Shown here piece by piece: positions 1 to 9,119 of a stretch of 64,000 nt of DNA (position 1 is its first letter; each line of letters opens with the position of its first letter). The notes beneath the pieces are model-generated. The model saw only the letters and a list, made by a program, of their open reading frames with translations. It did not search any database and was not told the origin of the DNA. The translations under genes were made by a program, and so were the position numbers. The stretch is from Marispirochaeta sp. (lineage in GTDB: Bacteria > Spirochaetota > Spirochaetia > JC444 > Marispirochaetaceae), in contig OY763414.1 of the NCBI GenBank assembly GCA_963667435.1, forward strand, positions 2,175,773-2,239,772, read 5' to 3'.

Positions 1-1
1 T

Positions 2-220
2 CCCGGCCGCTATTTCGGCAATAATGCTGCCGAAGGGTCCTCTCCGGTGGATGCCGGCAACACAACAGAGTTCAACCTGACAGGCCTTACCAACGGCAGG
101 CTCTATTACTTCACCATAGTTGCCTATGATGAGTCTCCCCGGCCCTTTCAGACCCTCTTTTCCATGGAAGTCAGTGCCCGTCCACGCAGGATCAGCGCCG
201 ATTCCGGTGGGGGGATGTAG
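2..220 (+). CDS. 3' end of an upstream gene. The C-terminal fragment ...NLTGLTNGRLYYFTIVAYDESPRPF... looks like a fibronectin type III / beta-sandwich domain. Stop TAG at 218-220.
   Basis: Open frame from the window edge to TAG. NLTxLxxGxxYYFxVxAYD is a typical Fn3 strand pattern. The gene is partial. Confidence 0.4.
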   Translation, partial: PGRYFGNNAAEGSSPVDAGNTTEFNLTGLTNGRLYYFTIVAYDESPRPFQTLFSMEVSARPRRISADSGGGM

Positions 221-2556
221 TGCAGCTCAGGGAACTGGCAGAAAGAGCTCGAAAATCTTTCCTCCTCCATGATCTAGAAAATGCGGAAAACTTTGTTCTG
301 CAGATGGCAGAACAGGCTCCGGACCATCCGGGCATTTTTCTTTTCCTGGGCAATATCTACACTGCCATGGAAAAATTCAATAAGGCAATTCAAGCCTATC
401 AGCAGTCCATAGAGCTGGATCCTGACAATCCTGAAGCCCACAACAATATCGGGATTGTCTACCGCAGAGAAGAGAATTTCCCTGCTGCCGTGGGTGCCCT
501 TGAACAGGCAAGAAAGCTGGCACCTCAGCGGGCGGACATCTGGTACAATCTTGCCAATGTATATAAGCAGATGGAGGATCCTGACGAAGCAGAGGTCTAT
601 TACCGCAAAGCCCTGGAACTCAATCCGAATCTCACCCGTGCCTTCAATAATCTGGGAAATCTCTATGAAACCCGGGGTATGCATGACGAGGCAAAAGAGC
701 TTTATCACCGGGGTCTGAAAAACGATCCAAACAATCCTACGCTCAGTTACAACCTGGGGATTACCTATCAGTCCATGGGCAATGCTGTCGAAGCCATCCG
801 CTCCTACCGACAGGCGTTGCGTTCCCGTCCCAACTGGGTGGATGGGCTCAACAACCTGGGAATCCTGCTGGAAGAAACGGGTGAATATGAAGAAGCCCGG
901 CAGATGCTGGAAAGTGCCCTGAAGGTAGATGCAACCAACCCGAGGATACGTAACAACCTTGGTGTTGTATTAGGAGCCATAGGCGACCACGAGAAAGCCA
1001 GGGAATATCTCCAGCAGGCGGTGAACGCCGACCCCACCTATACCACTGCCTACATCAACCTGAGCACTGAGCTTGAAGAACTCAACGATGTGGATGCAGC
1101 CTGGAAAGAACTGCAGAGAATAAAAAAGGAAGAATCCTCAAATCTGGAAATCCGTGAGAAGATTGCCCGGTTAGCGGTTAAAACCGGGCGCAACAAACAG
1201 GCACAGGAAGAAATCCGCTTTATACTGGACCATAATCCCAAAGCGGGCTTCGCCTGGTCGCTCCTGGGAGATCTTTCTCTGGCTACCGGCAATAGAACAA
1301 AAGCCAGGGAAGCCTACAGTCGAGCCATAGGTCTGGCGCCGGAGGATACGGATACAGCGCTCAACCTCGCACTTCTCTACAAAGAGCTTAAGGAATACAA
1401 TCAGGCAATTGCAGTGGTAAGCGGTATTCTGGGCAGGAATCCCCGCCACTCCGGGGCAAGGCTTCTTTTAGGCAAACTCTACCTGTATGAAAATCTCTAC
1501 AGCGAAGCCCTGAGCATCCTAACTTCTCTTTATGAAGACTTTCCCTATGACGAAGAGCTTCTGGAAACCCTTATCCGGGCCCACCGGGGTGCAGGCAACA
1601 GGGAAGAGGCCCTGCGTATTACCGAGGAACTGATAAACCTCCAGGGGCAGAGGGATGAGACCCTGGATCTGGACAAACTTGAACAGACCCTTGCTCTATA
1701 CGAAGAGACCGTGGAAGCATATGCCGACGAACATGAACGCCGCTGGGAAGCGAACCTCCGACAGCTTATGAACAGCACCGATACCGAGGCGGAGCCGGAA
1801 GAGGTAAGAGAAGAGGACAGCCTCTTTTTCGACACCATTCCCGACCTGGACCAGCCGGCGGAAATTATCGATGTCGGCGGCATTGAACCGGTAATTGTAA
1901 TTAATGAGGATGAGGAACGACTGCGCCTGAAAGAGATGGAGGAGGAAATTCTCTCCCCACCTCTTGAGGAGGAAAAGGACGAGGAGGAATCCGCTCCCGG
2001 ACCTGCACCCGCTGCTCCGGTCTCTGCGAAAAATGAGGAATCAGGCTTTCCCGGAACAATAAATGTAAATGTTCAAAACCCGCCTCCCACTAATCGGATA
2101 GAACTCGGCCTCCTTCCAATTCCAGGGATGCGGACCCGTATCCGCCGTTATTTCTCCCGGAAATCCCGCGGCGGCGGCGAGGAGATGGAAGAAATTCTTC
2201 CCGAAGAGGAGGAGACTCCGGCAGATCTCCTTCGCTACCTTGAAGATCTCACGGAGTTCCTCCCCGAAGATAAACGCAGAGACTTTGAGCAGAGTGAAAT
2301 GCGCCTACGCATGGAAGCGCTCCTGGACAGACTGGAAGGCCGTCCATCCCTGAGACAACAGGCAGCTGGATTTGAAGCTGAACCTGAGCAGGATAGTAGG
2401 GAAATCAGCTTGAATCCCAATTCAATCAGCAGTACTCTCTCTTTTATGGGAGATCTTTCAACCTACCTTCCCGATCCGGACATTGGTGTTGCGCTGCACC
2501 ACAAGATTGCCGATATACTGAAGACTATGAAGCGAGACAGCCATGGAAACACATAA
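220..2556 (+). CDS. Tetratricopeptide (TPR) repeat protein with an acidic, proline-rich C-terminal tail.
   Basis: More than 15 consecutive 34-aa repeats with the W/LG-Y/A-F-A-P signature (AxxAYxxALxLxPxxAxAxxNLG). GTG start at 220 overlaps the upstream stop; an alternative ATG lies at 304. The C-terminal 250 aa are rich in E/D/P. Confidence 0.75.
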   Translation: MQLRELAERARKSFLLHDLENAENFVLQMAEQAPDHPGIFLFLGNIYTAMEKFNKAIQAYQQSIELDPDNPEAHNNIGIVYRREENFPAAVGALEQARKLAPQRADIWYNLANVYKQMEDPDEAEVYYRKALELNPNLTRAFNNLGNLYETRGMHDEAKELYHRGLKNDPNNPTLSYNLGITYQSMGNAVEAIRSYRQALRSRPNWVDGLNNLGILLEETGEYEEARQMLESALKVDATNPRIRNNLGVVLGAIGDHEKAREYLQQAVNADPTYTTAYINLSTELEELNDVDAAWKELQRIKKEESSNLEIREKIARLAVKTGRNKQAQEEIRFILDHNPKAGFAWSLLGDLSLATGNRTKAREAYSRAIGLAPEDTDTALNLALLYKELKEYNQAIAVVSGILGRNPRHSGARLLLGKLYLYENLYSEALSILTSLYEDFPYDEELLETLIRAHRGAGNREEALRITEELINLQGQRDETLDLDKLEQTLALYEETVEAYADEHERRWEANLRQLMNSTDTEAEPEEVREEDSLFFDTIPDLDQPAEIIDVGGIEPVIVINEDEERLRLKEMEEEILSPPLEEEKDEEESAPGPAPAAPVSAKNEESGFPGTINVNVQNPPPTNRIELGLLPIPGMRTRIRRYFSRKSRGGGEEMEEILPEEEETPADLLRYLEDLTEFLPEDKRRDFEQSEMRLRMEALLDRLEGRPSLRQQAAGFEAEPEQDSREISLNPNSISSTLSFMGDLSTYLPDPDIGVALHHKIADILKTMKRDSHGNT

Positions 2557-3418
2557 AAAAAACTATCTCTATGCCCTTAAGGTATACATAGACAAAATGC
2601 CCAGTCTCCCGACAAGTGTTACCAAAATACTTGAAATATCCAACGATAAAAATGCCTCTCCGGCGGACCTGAACCAGATAATAAGCCTGGATCCGGTTCT
2701 AATGGGAAAGGTAATGAAACTGATAAACTCCGCCTATTACGGACTCTCCCAGGAGATAACCTCCCTGGTGCGGGCAATCATCATGCTGGGAATCAACACG
2801 GTAAAAAACCTGGCCCTCAGTACCGCGGTTTTAGCCAACCTGGGCAAGGGATCCTCCGAAAAGGGGCTGAATATGGACGGGTTCTGGCGCCACAGCCTCT
2901 GTGTGGGAGTAACCGCCAAGCTGATCGCCCGTAAACTCAAGGTGGACCCCAAACGGCTGGAAGAGTATTTCATGGCGGGGCTTCTTCACGACATTGGCAA
3001 GATTCCCCTCAACAACCGCCTTGCCGACCCTTATGTACAGTCCATGCAGAATGCCGATATGCAGCATATTCCCCTTATTCAGGCGGAAAAAGAGATGATA
3101 GGACTCCACCACTGCGAAGTAGCCAAGATTATCCTGCAGCGGTGGAAACTCAACCAGGAAATTCAGGATGCGGTAAGCTACCATCATGCCCCTATGAGTT
3201 ACGAAGGGCCGAACCGCTCCATCGTGTTTGCGGTTACAGCTGCCAACTATTTCGCCAACTCCTTCGAAATCGGCTTTGCAGGGGACAGATATCCCATGAA
3301 AGTCCCGCCGGAGGTTTTCAGGGAAATAGGAGTATCCATGGACTGGTTTGATGAGATAGAGGAGCAGGTGAATAACGAAATAGAAAAAGCGCGTATTTTT
3401 CTTAAAATTGCAACCTGA
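2543..3418 (+). CDS. HDOD domain signalling protein.
   Basis: ISLDPVLMGKVMKLINSAYYGL, GINTVKNLAL and GLLHDIGK(I) are the hallmark HDOD motifs. It overlaps the end of the TPR gene by 14 nt. Confidence 0.75.
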   Translation: METHKKNYLYALKVYIDKMPSLPTSVTKILEISNDKNASPADLNQIISLDPVLMGKVMKLINSAYYGLSQEITSLVRAIIMLGINTVKNLALSTAVLANLGKGSSEKGLNMDGFWRHSLCVGVTAKLIARKLKVDPKRLEEYFMAGLLHDIGKIPLNNRLADPYVQSMQNADMQHIPLIQAEKEMIGLHHCEVAKIILQRWKLNQEIQDAVSYHHAPMSYEGPNRSIVFAVTAANYFANSFEIGFAGDRYPMKVPPEVFREIGVSMDWFDEIEEQVNNEIEKARIFLKIAT

Positions 3419-3460
3419 GATCCTGCAGATAATGCGGTAAGGTAACAAGAGGACTTGTAT

Positions 3461-4387
3461 ATGATGAAGTTACGTTTTTGGGGAGTTCGGGGCTCCATTC
3501 CCTGCCCCGGAGAAACAACCGTACGATACGGCGGAAATACTGCCTGTATCGAACTACGGGTAGGCAGCGAGGAGAAGCTCTATATCATAGACGCCGGATC
3601 CGGCATACGGTCACTGGGAAATTATCTGATGCAGAACGATCTTCCCAAGGGTCCAATAGATACATCCATCTTTTTATCGCACACCCACTGGGACCACATC
3701 ATGGGTTTTCCGTTTTTCGTTCCCATCTTTATTCCCAGTTCCCGTATTAAAATCTATGGACCTGTTACCTATGAAGAAGAGGGACTGGCACAGATTGTGG
3801 GAGGACAGCTCTCCTACCGCTACTTTCCGGTAAAACACTCGGAGCTGGCGGCCAATATAACCTATCATCCCATGCGGGAATCATCCCTTGACCTGGGTGA
3901 GGGCCTCTGGCTGACCACCAAGTATTTGAATCACCCCATCCTCTGCCTGGGCTACCGTTTTGAGTACCAGGGGAAGGTGATCTGCACAGCCTATGATACT
4001 GAGCCATTCAGGAATGTGTTCCCCACAAATCCCGATGATCCCGGCTATGACCCCATAGCAGCCGAAGAGGGAGAGAGAGCTGCAGCAGAGGAAAACGAAA
4101 AGGTGCTGCGTTTCTTTCAGGGAGCAGACCTGCTGATTCATGACACCCAGTATACCCAGCAGGAATATCTGGATTCCAAATTGGGGTGGGGCCATTCCAC
4201 CTTTGAATACGCCATAAACAACGCAAACAAGGCAGGAGTAAAGCATCTGGTACTCTTCCACCATGACCCTATGCGAACCGATGCTCAGCTCGATTCCCTT
4301 ATCGACGACTACCGTTCCCGGATAAAAGGCAAAACAGAAATGAAGATTGAAGGTGCCAGGGAAGGGATGGAAATAATTCTGGACTAA
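3461..4387 (+). CDS. MBL-fold metallo-hydrolase (beta-lactamase superfamily); possibly a phosphodiesterase.
   Basis: HTHWDHIMG matches HxHxDH, with later His/Asp ligands (HDT, GWGHS, FHHD). N-terminal FWGVRGS is typical of this family. RBS AAGAGGA sits 7 nt before ATG 3461; the ORF track starts at TTG 3455. Confidence 0.7.
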   Translation: MMKLRFWGVRGSIPCPGETTVRYGGNTACIELRVGSEEKLYIIDAGSGIRSLGNYLMQNDLPKGPIDTSIFLSHTHWDHIMGFPFFVPIFIPSSRIKIYGPVTYEEEGLAQIVGGQLSYRYFPVKHSELAANITYHPMRESSLDLGEGLWLTTKYLNHPILCLGYRFEYQGKVICTAYDTEPFRNVFPTNPDDPGYDPIAAEEGERAAAEENEKVLRFFQGADLLIHDTQYTQQEYLDSKLGWGHSTFEYAINNANKAGVKHLVLFHHDPMRTDAQLDSLIDDYRSRIKGKTEMKIEGAREGMEIILD

Positions 4388-4400
4388 GGAGCCGACTGCT

Positions 4401-6923
4401 ATGTCCAATCATCCCCCGGAACGATATGAACCGGGAGAACTTGACCGAACCCGAAGCAATCTCGGACATCTCTCAGAGGAAGAAGCCCGGGAAATGGCCC
4501 GGGTCCTTAACGGAGAAATCGGTGTTGAACGGACCACTCCGGCAATCCAGGAACAATACCACCGGCTGCAACAGCTTAACCGCCGCACAGGGGAAACGGT
4601 AATCTACCATACCTCCCGCAGAAGTGAAGCGGAACCGCTTTCCAGGCATAAAACAGCCAGGGCAGTAAAAGAAATAACCGACAGGCAACCCGGTTTTTTT
4701 GATCGTGTAAGAACCAATTTCTGGGCCGCCTCCTCTTCCTGCACGATAATCCCCCGGCTCCACGCCATGGGAAGTCTGGTCTCCTTCATTGTTCCGATTC
4801 ATGAACGGCTGCACCCGGGGTTTATCCTTAAAGGAGACAGAATTTTTTATGGTCACCTGGAACGTTTTGTTCTGGCAGTGCGCTCACTGATGTCCATTAA
4901 CCGCAGAGATGAAGTTCCATCACTTATGGATGCCTACAGCCTCAAGGTGCTCTCCCTTCTCAGACAATGGGACATTGAGACAGTTCACCGGGAACTCAGT
5001 GTACTGCAGCGCTCACCCCGTAATCAGCCGGTGGAATCCGCTGTGCGACTATGCAGGGCTCTTTACCGTCCCATGTTTCAGCTCTCGGCCCTAGATCCCG
5101 CCGAGCACATAATCCCGGTAATCAAACGTCTTTTCGACCTGGATCTTATGGCATATCCACCGGATTCCCGTGAAGCAGACCGCATAAAACAGATAGGCAT
5201 GACCCTTAAAAACGAGCTTTTTCATCTCTTTTACGATGTAAAACGCTCCTGTGCCCCCCTTCTGGTGAAACTTGCAGCAATACCTTATGCACCGTATCCG
5301 GAGGTTTTTGAATATTACAAAATTAGAATTCTTAAATTCCTGGAACTTGGAAATGACGATATGATCCCCCTGGAGCCGGATGACCTTAAGGGCGATATTC
5401 TGCTGGACGAAAACGAGCCAGGGGAAGATTATGATACAGAGCAGGAAGAAACAGATGGCGAAGAACCGGAAGAGACGACTGAATCTCTTCTTCCGGAAGG
5501 AATCCCGGAAGCCTACGAATTCCTGGGCAGGATGTTCCCCCAGAGCGGGTTGGAGCGGCCGGAAAACTTTCCCGACCTGTTCGCTTATTTTAAACCGATA
5601 GTAAGTTTCCAGAAAAACACCGACCTGTTTCATCCCGAAAACCCGGTACACCAGGTGGCGGTGCTTCTTGCAATACTTCAGGATATGCTTTACGGGTTCA
5701 GGCAGATCATTTTCTCTGAAATTATGGATACAGATGAAAATGCCCGGGAAATACAGAATGAGGTAGACCAGAATCTCGCCCGATGGCACCGCCTGCTGGA
5801 CGAACTTGTCTGCGGACGTATTCTCACTGAACTGGTTGATTACTGCCGCCAGATAGAACGCTCCCCGGATTACCGCAGCAGCGATACCGGGTTAAAGCAG
5901 GAGAACAGCATCCGCGTAAGGGTTCAGCAGAGCATACTGCCCCACCTGGATGTTCCTGCCATCCGACTGGGAAACAGAGGCAATGACCGGGGGCTGCCGG
6001 AACTCTATCATGCCGTAGCTGAATTTCACCATCTTCTGAAGGATACCCTTCATATTGATCCTGAGACAGGCAAGTCAGGAATGCGAAATCCCAGCTCTCC
6101 GTTCCACTTCGAGATTGAAAACTTTGTAACTTTCCGCTTCCGTCGCTTTCTGCGTAAAAAAGGCCTGCCCCAGGATAACCGCCATCTGGTTCATTACACC
6201 AGCCTGCTGTTGGGACTGATGGACTATCTGCTGAACAGTCCTGTAAGTCACTTGTACAGAACCTCCCGCTTTCCGCTCTACCGCTTTGAAAAGGGACACC
6301 GGGAGATCCCCATTTACTCAGTGCAGGAACTCCAGACCGAGCGTATAATAGAAAGCAGTGATATTGAACTTACTCCTCCGGAGGAGTTCCTCGAGGGCGG
6401 CGGTCAAAAAGGACGAGACAAGGTTTCCGGTCTGTACAAAAGCAAGCTGTATCAGGAAAAAATAAAAACAGCTGTAGAAGAGTTTCACGATTCAGGCAGA
6501 CAGGTAAGTATTGCTGTCATCTCCATTCCTGAACTGAGGATTCTGGAGCCGGGAACCAGGGACGATAATCTCAGGGTTATCGGACATACCGTCCGCGGTG
6601 AAATCAGGGAATACTCCGATCTGCCTTTCCGACTGGATGATGATACTATTCCGGTTGTATTGCCCGAGACAGACAGGTCCAGTGCCGTCCTGTTCTGCAA
6701 ACGGCTAATACAGGCAATACAGAAGAAACTACCCCAGACCGGTATTCACATAGGAGTAGTAACCTATCATCCCACCTGGAGTGCAGGGAAATTCATTAAG
6801 ACTGCAGCAAGAACAGCAGCAGAGGCGGAACGCCACAAAGCTCCGTCCGTGCTGGTCTATCAGGAAGCGGATACCAGTTTTGAGGAAATATCCCTAAACA
6901 GGGGAGATGCTGAAAGGAGCTGA
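4401..6923 (+). CDS. Large (840 aa) uncharacterized cytoplasmic protein. Its C-terminal ~170 aa have the GGDEF / nucleotide-cyclase fold with a degenerate active site (LDDDT where GG[DE]EF is expected).
   Basis: RBS AAGGAG precedes the ATG. The C-terminus aligns by eye to the GGDEF consensus: IAVISIPELRIL~LLIDIDHF, RLDDDTIPVVLPETD~RYGGDEFAVLLPETD, LFCKRLIQAI~LAERLRQAI, IHIGVVTY~ASIGVALY. There is an acidic linker near residue 340-380. Confidence 0.6.
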   Translation: MSNHPPERYEPGELDRTRSNLGHLSEEEAREMARVLNGEIGVERTTPAIQEQYHRLQQLNRRTGETVIYHTSRRSEAEPLSRHKTARAVKEITDRQPGFFDRVRTNFWAASSSCTIIPRLHAMGSLVSFIVPIHERLHPGFILKGDRIFYGHLERFVLAVRSLMSINRRDEVPSLMDAYSLKVLSLLRQWDIETVHRELSVLQRSPRNQPVESAVRLCRALYRPMFQLSALDPAEHIIPVIKRLFDLDLMAYPPDSREADRIKQIGMTLKNELFHLFYDVKRSCAPLLVKLAAIPYAPYPEVFEYYKIRILKFLELGNDDMIPLEPDDLKGDILLDENEPGEDYDTEQEETDGEEPEETTESLLPEGIPEAYEFLGRMFPQSGLERPENFPDLFAYFKPIVSFQKNTDLFHPENPVHQVAVLLAILQDMLYGFRQIIFSEIMDTDENAREIQNEVDQNLARWHRLLDELVCGRILTELVDYCRQIERSPDYRSSDTGLKQENSIRVRVQQSILPHLDVPAIRLGNRGNDRGLPELYHAVAEFHHLLKDTLHIDPETGKSGMRNPSSPFHFEIENFVTFRFRRFLRKKGLPQDNRHLVHYTSLLLGLMDYLLNSPVSHLYRTSRFPLYRFEKGHREIPIYSVQELQTERIIESSDIELTPPEEFLEGGGQKGRDKVSGLYKSKLYQEKIKTAVEEFHDSGRQVSIAVISIPELRILEPGTRDDNLRVIGHTVRGEIREYSDLPFRLDDDTIPVVLPETDRSSAVLFCKRLIQAIQKKLPQTGIHIGVVTYHPTWSAGKFIKTAARTAAEAERHKAPSVLVYQEADTSFEEISLNRGDAERS

Positions 6924-6929
6924 GGCTAT

Positions 6930-7766
6930 CTATACTTCCGACCCTTTTTCAAGCTTCGCCAGAAACAGCTCGGCTGCCCGTCCTTCAAGTCCATGAGCAT
7001 CACCTCGGGTCATTTTCCTCAGTGCCTCCAGTTCTTCCGAAGAGAATCTTGCGCTGCCGACAACAAACTCCCGAAAGGCCCCGCAGGCAATGGGTGCAAC
7101 CTTTTCTGTAATATCAAGAATGACTTCGGCGTAGAGGCGGATCTCCCTCTGGGCATGAGGATCAAGGCGCAGGCGCAGAAAATGGAAAAGATTATGCAGA
7201 TCCATCTGCCAGTACCACTCGGTATACAAGCTTAAAGGCAGATTTATCCGCGCAAGTTCCCGGGCTATGCCGTTATCCAGGAGCTCTGAATACTCCTCAT
7301 ATGAACGCTTCTGTCCCTCAGCAAAAAAGGCCCGCACCTTTTCCGCCTCCGCCGGTGCCAGCGGCTCCTCTGTTCTGCCCTGCTTGTTGTTCTCACTCTG
7401 GGCGGAAACATCCTCCGGAGCAGGAACATAAAACTCGTCCTTCATAACCGAATAGCGCCCGGAAATTTCGTTCAACCTTGCAGTCCGGTGGCGAATCCAT
7501 TGCCGGGCAACAAAGATAGGCATCTTAACATGGAAGGTAAGCACCACTTGCTCGAAGGGGCTGGTGTGGTCGTTTCTCAAAAGATAGGTAATAAGGCCCT
7601 TGTCCTGACGGTAACTTTTTGTTCCTTCTCCATAGCTTACACGGGCTGCCTGAACAATACGATCATCACCTCCCATGTAATCCACCAGCCGGATAAATCC
7701 CTTATCCAGAACAGGAAATTCCTTGTCCAATATTGCATCTGCTTCAGCTACGGTACAGCGGGCCAT
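6930..7766 (-). CDS. thyX: FAD-dependent thymidylate synthase ThyX.
   Basis: The ThyX motif RHRTARLNEISGRY (RHRxxSxNExSxRY) is present, with the right length and a GAGGAA RBS. It is convergent with the preceding gene. Confidence 0.85.
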   Translation of the reverse strand: MARCTVAEADAILDKEFPVLDKGFIRLVDYMGGDDRIVQAARVSYGEGTKSYRQDKGLITYLLRNDHTSPFEQVVLTFHVKMPIFVARQWIRHRTARLNEISGRYSVMKDEFYVPAPEDVSAQSENNKQGRTEEPLAPAEAEKVRAFFAEGQKRSYEEYSELLDNGIARELARINLPLSLYTEWYWQMDLHNLFHFLRLRLDPHAQREIRLYAEVILDITEKVAPIACGAFREFVVGSARFSSEELEALRKMTRGDAHGLEGRAAELFLAKLEKGSEV

Positions 7767-7873
7767 TTGATTCCTCGTAATACAATGATTCGTCTACTAT
7801 ATCGTAAACAGCATCTTTTTACACCCTATGCGGAAAAACCGTACTAGGGTAGACTTGCCTCAAGGAGACGATA

Positions 7874-8359
7874 TTGATGAAGATTGCCGAAAATACCGTT
7901 GTCACCATGGACTACAAGCTAACTGAAGTAAATGGAGGTATTCTGGAGCAGAGTGATCCCGATGAAAACTTCGCCTACCTGCATGGACATGGACAGCTTC
8001 CGGAAAAACTGGAGGAAGAACTTCAGGGAAAAGAGGCCGGCGCACATATTGAACTGACAATGAGCCCTGAGGATGGATTCGGCGAGCGGGATGAGAACCA
8101 GATTATCACCGTGCCCCGTGACAACTTCCCGGAGGATGAAGAACTTACCGAAGGCCTTCAGGTAGAAGCGGAAACCCAGAATGGGCATCAGATATTCTCA
8201 ATAATTAAAATAGAGGATGAGACGGTAACCCTCGATGGAAACCACCCATATGCAGGAATGACACTTACATTCGACGTAACCGTTACTGACATCCGGGAAG
8301 CAACTGAAGCTGAAATTGAACACGGACATGCACATACCGGAGATCATCACCACCACTAA
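7874..8359 (+). CDS. slyD: FKBP-type peptidyl-prolyl cis-trans isomerase, SlyD-like, with a His-rich metal-binding tail.
   Basis: The N-terminal V-TMDYKLT...GG.LE pattern, an inserted flap region and the C-terminal HGHAHTGDHHHH match SlyD. RBS AAGGAGA is present. Confidence 0.75.
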   Translation: MMKIAENTVVTMDYKLTEVNGGILEQSDPDENFAYLHGHGQLPEKLEEELQGKEAGAHIELTMSPEDGFGERDENQIITVPRDNFPEDEELTEGLQVEAETQNGHQIFSIIKIEDETVTLDGNHPYAGMTLTFDVTVTDIREATEAEIEHGHAHTGDHHHH

Positions 8360-8411
8360 AAAGTGACAAAACCGCCACGGCAGAGTGTTGCATACAAAGA
8401 AGGAGTCACCG

Positions 8412-9119
8412 ATGAATAAAACATGGACAGCTCTTTTGCTTGCTGCACTGCTTCTGCCGGGTTCTCTCCATGCAAAGGGAGCCATGGATAGAGATCCCGC
8501 TGCAGAAGATTTGAGCGGTATAAGCCGTGTGCGGTTTTCCGCCCCCGGAACACTGCACATTTCCCAGGGAAGCAGTGAGCAGTTAAAAGTCGAGCCCGAA
8601 CGACTCAGCTGGAAATTTCTGGAACTCGACATACAGGGCGAAGAAATTATTATTCGTCAAAAGCCGGCATTGTTCAGCTTCACCAGACACAGAATCCAAA
8701 TATACCTTACTTTGAAAGATATTAAATCGGTTCTCACCACCGGTTCCGGAGACATTCGGATAGGCCCGGTTAACAGCAGAGAGCTCTTTCTTGGATCCGA
8801 CTCCTCAGGAGATATTCAGCTTGAAGCAATGGAAGGAGAATTCCTGGATGCAAAGCTGACCAGTTCCGGCGATATTACAGTCCTTTCAGGAAACGTCACC
8901 AGCCAGAGGATAAGCTGTTCGAGCTCCGGAGACTACCGGGGTGCAGGCTTCCGCACAGAGACGGCGGAGGTGAGCTTATCCAGCAGCGGAAATGCCGAAA
9001 TAAACACCAGCGCCAGACTTACTGCCCGGATGACATCTTCCGGAGATCTCAGATTGCAGGGATCTCCGGTTATAGACTCCCTGGAGCAGACCAGCTCAGG
9101 CAGTCTCAGAAGGAATTAG
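8412..9119 (+). CDS. Secreted or lipoprotein with repeated S(S/G)GD(I/L) beta-strand repeats; DUF2807/DUF4097 (GIN-domain, putative adhesin head) like.
   Basis: A signal peptide (ALLLAALLLPGSLHA) is followed by six or more copies of the SSGDIxL / GSGDIRI repeat. RBS AAGGAG sits before ATG 8412. Confidence 0.55.
   Translation: MNKTWTALLLAALLLPGSLHAKGAMDRDPAAEDLSGISRVRFSAPGTLHISQGSSEQLKVEPERLSWKFLELDIQGEEIIIRQKPALFSFTRHRIQIYLTLKDIKSVLTTGSGDIRIGPVNSRELFLGSDSSGDIQLEAMEGEFLDAKLTSSGDITVLSGNVTSQRISCSSSGDYRGAGFRTETAEVSLSSSGNAEINTSARLTARMTSSGDLRLQGSPVIDSLEQTSSGSLRRN

Noticed and set aside
274-708. Numerous antisense or alternative-frame ORFs in the six-frame track (for example 274-708 minus, 9674-10345 plus, 20577-21362 plus, 21232-21852 plus, 39334-39981 plus, 33981-34304).
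   Set aside because: They lie entirely within longer ORFs that carry clear family motifs on the other strand or frame. They have no RBS and an arginine/serine-rich composition typical of shadow ORFs in roughly 52% GC DNA.
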